NCBI GenBank assembly: GCA_028286605.1
Contig: JAQBRE010000002.1
Location: 191,720 to 255,719 of the forward strand
Length of the DNA: 64,000 bases
Source: Parcubacteria group bacterium
Lineage (GTDB): Bacteria > Patescibacteriota > Minisyncoccia > Phycocordibacterales > Phycocordibacteraceae
Direction of reading: 5' to 3'
A program made the position numbers and the translations under genes. Below are positions 59,370-64,000 of this stretch, piece after piece (the stretch's first letter is position 1; each line of letters begins with the position of its first letter). The notes below the pieces were generated by a model, which saw only the letters and a program-made list of their open reading frames with translations, was not told the DNA's origin and ran no database searches.

Positions 59370-60617
59370 TCACAGGATCGAATGGTCGATTTTAAAGAAC
59401 ATACGTCGACCGACACGAACTCGCCATCCACCTTCAGGCACCTGATCATCCTGCTTAATTAGCACGGAATCAGTGACAGATCGAACAGCGTTTTGCTCGA
59501 AAAGGCGCCGTAGTGCTGCCTTGCTTTGGAATTTACCGCTTGCATAGAGCGCAACGAGCGCTGTTGCTCCCGGCTCAACATTTAGTTGAACGTAATCATC
59601 ATCGTGGATAACTTGCTGAGAAAAGAGACGCTCGAAAGTATCGCGTTCCCGCAAGCCATCGTCAGGGTTTTTCGTTTCGAGGCTTGCGACAACGGTTGCA
59701 AGTTGCTTTTTAGCCTCAAACGGGTTCGCCTCAACGAAAATTCTGAGTTCATCAAGCTCACGCTGATGGACATCGGCAAAGCTTAAAAAATATTGGAAAA
59801 TGAGACGATCGGGGATCGACATGATCTTTCCAAATTTATCAGCTTGGCTTGAATTTACCGCGATATAGTTGTTGTAGCTTTTGCTCATCTTTCTGCCATC
59901 ACCACTAGTACCTTCGATGATGGGGGTCATAAGAATGACCTCTTCCTCTAACCCAGCATTCCGCATAATAGTCCGGCACTGCTGGAAATTAAGAAGCTGA
60001 TCTATGCCCCCGACTTCTACGTCGGTTTGCAGATGAAGCGAATCGATTCCCATTAGAACGCCATAGCAAACCTCAGCCAAGGACACTCCTTGTCCTTTTC
60101 TGCCTCGTTCCCGGAAATCCTCCCGCTGGAGGGCCTCTGCGAGGTTTAGTGACTGAAAGATGCCGAAAACATCACTGAGTGACATGGGATTTAGCCACGT
60201 CGTGTTGTGATGAATGGACACTTTTTCGACAGAAAGGTACTTCCCAATCTGGGACACATAAGTCGTCTTGTTTTCCGCGATCTTTTCAGGAGACAGCGGG
60301 ACTCGACCGGTGTCACGCTCAGTCGGATCGCCAACTCGAGCGGTAAAATCACCGATGATAAGGTCGACATGGTTACCGGTTCTCGCAAAAATATTCAACA
60401 CGAGAATTGGCACTACGTGCCCCAAATGAACATCTGTGGCAGTTGGATCAATACCGAATTTGACGCGCAACTTTCGTTGGTCGAGCAAGTGCCGCAAGCG
60501 CTCTTCAGTGATTATCTGTTGACACTTTGGCTGAAGAAAACCGACAATCTCATCAGCTATCATTCCTTCCCAGTTCTCAATGGCCCGGGCAAGGAATTTC
60601 TGGTCAAAACGAATCAT
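59370..60617 (-). CDS. tyrS: Divergent tyrosyl-tRNA synthetase (probable paralogue)
   Basis: KFGIDPT, HLGH, GDFTA..GDP, GG.DQ..N, KMSKS, S4-like tail. YGVLMGID replaces the usual YPxxQxxD. Confidence 0.85.
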   Translation of the reverse strand: MIRFDQKFLARAIENWEGMIADEIVGFLQPKCQQIITEERLRHLLDQRKLRVKFGIDPTATDVHLGHVVPILVLNIFARTGNHVDLIIGDFTARVGDPTERDTGRVPLSPEKIAENKTTYVSQIGKYLSVEKVSIHHNTTWLNPMSLSDVFGIFQSLNLAEALQREDFRERGRKGQGVSLAEVCYGVLMGIDSLHLQTDVEVGGIDQLLNFQQCRTIMRNAGLEEEVILMTPIIEGTSGDGRKMSKSYNNYIAVNSSQADKFGKIMSIPDRLIFQYFLSFADVHQRELDELRIFVEANPFEAKKQLATVVASLETKNPDDGLRERDTFERLFSQQVIHDDDYVQLNVEPGATALVALYASGKFQSKAALRRLFEQNAVRSVTDSVLIKQDDQVPEGGWRVRVGRRMFFKIDHSIL

Positions 60618-60840
60618 TTGTTTGCACCTTTCGTGCTGGGTTGCTGGTTAGAAGCCTAATGACTTGTACATACTTCTAAGCACCAGAAAAGCACAAATTA
60701 ACATTTCTGTCAAAATTCACATAATTATTTAATCGTTTGAAATACTAACATTTTCACTTTGTTTTCGTGTCAACTGGCTATATCAGTGTATTTTCATAAG
60801 ACAGCTATTCTTTTAATTTTTCTAGTTTAGAATTAAAGAA

Positions 60841-61008
60841 ATGGCTTGGGATAACTATTTAAAAGCAATGAGTAATAGGAAGTGCCGACTTCTCTTGAAA
60901 GAAACACTTCTGTATGTTTATAAAAGTGACAGATTGCTTGCCTTAGATTTAGACACGGAAGTAAGCTTCTGGAGCATCCAGGCAGGCGGGTTCATCGCGG
61001 ACGAGTAA
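60841..61008 (+). pseudogene. Chimeric remnant: methyltransferase N-terminus fused in frame to the ABC transporter C-terminus
   Basis: MAWDNYLKAMSNRKCRLLLKE...ALDL (cf. 62107 MSWDDYLKATSNSKCRPLLRE...ALDL) joined to WSIQAGGFIADE* (cf. ABC WSIQAGGFIADVEE*). Confidence 0.8.
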
Positions 61009-61017
61009 AATAATCCT

Positions 61018-61494
61018 ATGCCAAAGAAATACACGGATGAGGAATACCAGCGAATCCTGCCTAGAAAGCAGGTCGGTACAGCAGTGTTGTTCTTCAATAC
61101 AAAAGGCGAGCTACTTATCGTCAAACCAGATTATAAGGATAACTGGCTCGTGCCAGGCGGTTCTGCTGATGAGAACGAGTCTCCGTTAGAGTGTGCAATT
61201 CGAGAAACAAAAGAGGAGATCGGATTTGAGTTTCAAGAACTTCCATTAATCGGCATCTACTATGTGCATGCGAAAGGATCGCATGCAGACCATATAAAGT
61301 TTCTCTTTCACGGAGGAGTGCTGAGTGACGTTCAGATTTCCTCGATCGTCTTGCAAGCAGACGAACTCGAAGAATTTACATTCCTTTCAGTACAGGATGC
61401 GTTGCCGCTTTTATCCGGAAGCTTGCAAGCAAGTATTCCGATGTCTCTGGACGCATTTCAAAACAAAAGGATCGGATATAAGGAAGCGAATTAA
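61018..61494 (+). CDS. NUDIX hydrolase
   Basis: WLVPGGSADENESPLECAIRETKEEIG. Confidence 0.92.
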   Translation: MPKKYTDEEYQRILPRKQVGTAVLFFNTKGELLIVKPDYKDNWLVPGGSADENESPLECAIRETKEEIGFEFQELPLIGIYYVHAKGSHADHIKFLFHGGVLSDVQISSIVLQADELEEFTFLSVQDALPLLSGSLQASIPMSLDAFQNKRIGYKEAN

Positions 61495-61499
61495 TCCTT

Positions 61500-62096
61500 A
61501 TGGATACGAGCAATGCAGCTTTTTTCATCATTCCTGGATTTAAGGATCAAGTGAAGGATACTCAATACAAGTGGCTCGTTTCACACCTTAAAGACAAAGG
61601 CGTAACTGTTATGCAGACTCCTGTGGAATGGAATAATAAGACGCTATCGCAAAACGCTGCTGAATTCGTAACGTATTTCAACACCAATCAGAAAAAGGAA
61701 AATTACATACTTGGTTTTTCACTCGGGGCAGTACTAGCTCTCATGACCGCAAACCTGCTGCTTCCCAAGAAGATATTCCTTTGCTCGCTGAGCGCGGTCT
61801 TTGCTGAAGACCTGAAAGCCATTGATGCATCTTTTGCGGATTATGCAGGAAAGAGACGACAAGCAGACTTCGCGACTCTAAACGGAAGAATGCTTGCAAA
61901 GAATCTTAAGGTACCGGCAGTCGTATTCTATGGCGAGAAAGAAATAGAGGAATTTCCTAAGCTAAAGAATAGGTGCGAGGAAACAGTACGTCTCGCGAAA
62001 GATGCAAAGCTGGTTATGGTGAAAGATGCACCGCACCAGATAGATTTCCTTGCATACAAAGAGGCAATTAAAAAAGTTCTAAATGGAATAGTTTAG
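61500..62096 (+). CDS. Alpha/beta hydrolase
   Basis: IIPG, GFSLGA nucleophile elbow, YGEKE, APH. Confidence 0.8.
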   Translation: MDTSNAAFFIIPGFKDQVKDTQYKWLVSHLKDKGVTVMQTPVEWNNKTLSQNAAEFVTYFNTNQKKENYILGFSLGAVLALMTANLLLPKKIFLCSLSAVFAEDLKAIDASFADYAGKRRQADFATLNGRMLAKNLKVPAVVFYGEKEIEEFPKLKNRCEETVRLAKDAKLVMVKDAPHQIDFLAYKEAIKKVLNGIV

Positions 62097-62106
62097 AATC
62101 AAATGA

Positions 62107-62676
62107 ATGTCTTGGGATGATTACCTAAAAGCAACGAGCAATAGTAAGTGTCGACCTCTTCTTAGAGAGGCTTTTCAGTATCTTAAAAAGACTGACAGAG
62201 GAAATGCTTTAGATTTGGGAGCTGGGGCACTGGGAGACACCAGCTTCCTTTTGAAGGCAGGATTTACGGTGATCGCCGTAGACAGTAATCCTAAAATTCT
62301 GGAATACTCCAAACCGCATGAGAATCTCTCAGTGGAGATTAGTTCCTTTGAGAACTATTCTTTTCCTGAGAATTCATTTGATTTAATAAATGCTCAGTAT
62401 GCTTTGCCTTTCAATAAGCCAGAAACATTCGAATCAGTTTTTCAAAAGATGATTCTTTCCATGAAAGACAGCGCTATTTTTACGGGTCAGCTATTCGGTA
62501 CCGAAGACGGGTGGGCAGAGAAGAAAACTATGACATTCCTTTCTGCAGAGCAAGTAAATAAATTAATGGAGAACTTTAAGAAAGTACACGTTTTACGTGA
62601 AGAAAAGAAATTAGGTCCTACGGCAACAGGAATAGACAAGTTTTGGCACGTATTTCATATAATTGCAGAGAAATAG
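62107..62676 (+). CDS. Class I SAM-dependent methyltransferase (TehB-like)
   Basis: ALDLGAG, VIAVD, FDLINA, WHVFHIIA. Confidence 0.85.
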   Translation: MSWDDYLKATSNSKCRPLLREAFQYLKKTDRGNALDLGAGALGDTSFLLKAGFTVIAVDSNPKILEYSKPHENLSVEISSFENYSFPENSFDLINAQYALPFNKPETFESVFQKMILSMKDSAIFTGQLFGTEDGWAEKKTMTFLSAEQVNKLMENFKKVHVLREEKKLGPTATGIDKFWHVFHIIAEK

Positions 62677-62760
62677 TTATTTTGTGAAGAATACTTTCAT
62701 CAGTTGTGCGAATGACACATTTTACAAAACAGGCTGGCAAGTACGTTATTATTAGGAGGT

Positions 62761-63774
62761 ATGATTCCTCTCGACAGGAACGAGAACTATTGGCTCCTTG
62801 ATGACGAGCTCTTATCTGCGTGCAAACAATACGGAACAGATGCACTGGCTACCTATCCGCACTATGACCAGTTGCGATCGGCACTCGCTTCATATGCAGG
62901 CGTTGATGCGTCCTCAATCATTCTTACTCCTGGTTCCGATGCGGCCATTCAAGAATTAGCGCGTGCGTACGCTGGGGGAGGGAAGAAAGCTCTTTTACCT
63001 GTGCCGACCTTCTATGGATATGAATCAGTACTAGAACGCGTGGGCGCTCATGTCATTCCCGTAGCCTATGGTGAAGAGGAGGGAGTTTTTCGTTTCCCGA
63101 TAGAGGAGACATGCCGACTGCTTACGGCCGAACGTCCTGACGTCTTGTTCCTGTGCAATCCGAACAATCCGCTCGGATCCCCGATCCCCGATGCCGATCT
63201 TGAACGTTTACGCGTCGCCACGCTGGAATCAGAAACCTTGCTAGTAGTGGATGAAGCCTATTACGAATATTCGGGACGAACGCTCATTGATACTTTTAAT
63301 GATTCTCCGAATTTGGTGATACTGCGCACCATGTCCAAAGGGTTCGGTATACCGGGCGCACGCATTGGTTATTGCATCGCGCACGCCGAGGTAAAAGAGA
63401 TATTAGGGAAGCTCATGCTTCCGTGGCCCGTCGCTCATACGAGCGTGTTTGCTGCACTTGCACTACTCGAGCGTGTTGCTGCTGTATCAGCGCGGCGCGA
63501 AGAGACTATTCGCGAGCGAGAACATTTCAGCGATGAACTAAAGAAGCTGCCAGGATTTGTCGTGCATCCATCCGAGACGAACTTCTTACTTATACATGTC
63601 GATGATGCCGCTCAAATTGCTGCGAAGCTGGCTTCGCATGGGGTGGCAGTCGCAACCGGCGACTGGATGAGTCGCTATCCCGAAGCAAAGAAACTCCTTG
63701 ATTCCACATTGCGTATCGCCACCCCCTCGCCAACCGATAGGGAGCAGGTACTTGACATATTACGTAATATATAG
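62761..63774 (+). CDS. PLP aminotransferase, HisC-like
   Basis: LDRNEN, GSD, LCNPNNPLG, VDEAY, RTMSKGFG.PG.RIGY, SETNF. Confidence 0.88.
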   Translation: MIPLDRNENYWLLDDELLSACKQYGTDALATYPHYDQLRSALASYAGVDASSIILTPGSDAAIQELARAYAGGGKKALLPVPTFYGYESVLERVGAHVIPVAYGEEEGVFRFPIEETCRLLTAERPDVLFLCNPNNPLGSPIPDADLERLRVATLESETLLVVDEAYYEYSGRTLIDTFNDSPNLVILRTMSKGFGIPGARIGYCIAHAEVKEILGKLMLPWPVAHTSVFAALALLERVAAVSARREETIREREHFSDELKKLPGFVVHPSETNFLLIHVDDAAQIAAKLASHGVAVATGDWMSRYPEAKKLLDSTLRIATPSPTDREQVLDILRNI

Positions 63775-63787
63775 TATGTTATTCGAC

Positions 63788-64000
63788 ATGAATACAGAAC
63801 CCGAAGAGAGCGTCTCAGAACCAAGCGCATCAGCGCGCCTTTTCAGCTTCACTCCGTTCGCCTCTGCGACAGTGCTTGAACGATTCCGTAAAATAAAGAG
63901 CGCTCGCTGGGGCGCCCTACAAGCGGAAACTCTCTTGAAACTTTTTACGCGTGCAGCAAAGCATGTGCCTGCGTATACCCGCTTCCTGAAGGAAGCGGGT
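63788..64000 (+). CDS. Partial ORF, probable phenylacetate-CoA ligase (PaaK)-like N-terminus
   Basis: Frame open to the window end, finishing LFTRAAKHVPAYTRFLKEAG. Confidence 0.5.
   Translation, partial: MNTEPEESVSEPSASARLFSFTPFASATVLERFRKIKSARWGALQAETLLKLFTRAAKHVPAYTRFLKEAG

Noticed and set aside
60618-60840. T-box riboswitch upstream of tyrS
   Set aside because: No T-box consensus (AAnnnGGGTGGnACC) or terminator/antiterminator found on the minus strand.

Overview
This 64-kb window is bacterial chromosome in genetic code 11 (TGA is used as stop). Gene content and style point to a Patescibacteria/CPR organism, probably Parcubacteria-like; this is inference, since no marker-gene search was run. 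Housekeeping genes are ssrA-smpB, ftsH, recG, malic enzyme, ligA and gatCA. RNA genes are a tmRNA with a 28-aa tag, tRNA-Ile(UAU), tRNA-Ser(GCU) and an initiator-like tRNA-Met(CAU) split by a 218-nt group I intron. The window also holds a full type IV pilus/competence locus with four related major-type pilins, a ~19-kb envelope-redox accessory region (Prx x2, DsbA x2, VKOR, DipZ, ECF sigma, FMN-binding/ApbE/RnfD-FNR, cfa), and an AT-rich island with a divergent TyrRS, a truncated class Ic synthetase-like protein and a SAM halogenase/hydrolase. Three AT-rich LAGLIDADG-type ORFs each sit next to a tRNA or tmRNA gene. The most novel-looking locus is 9960-15444. There tatA-tatC is followed by a 51-aa ORF missed by the ORF track (a Tat-like signal plus a YGAGTYGG tail) and a Sec-exported peptidoglycan-binding protein whose mature N-terminus carries the same YGxGxYG motif. 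Two signal-less, phage-fibre-like proteins are transcribed divergently. This suggests a hitch-hiking Tat export and surface-display system.
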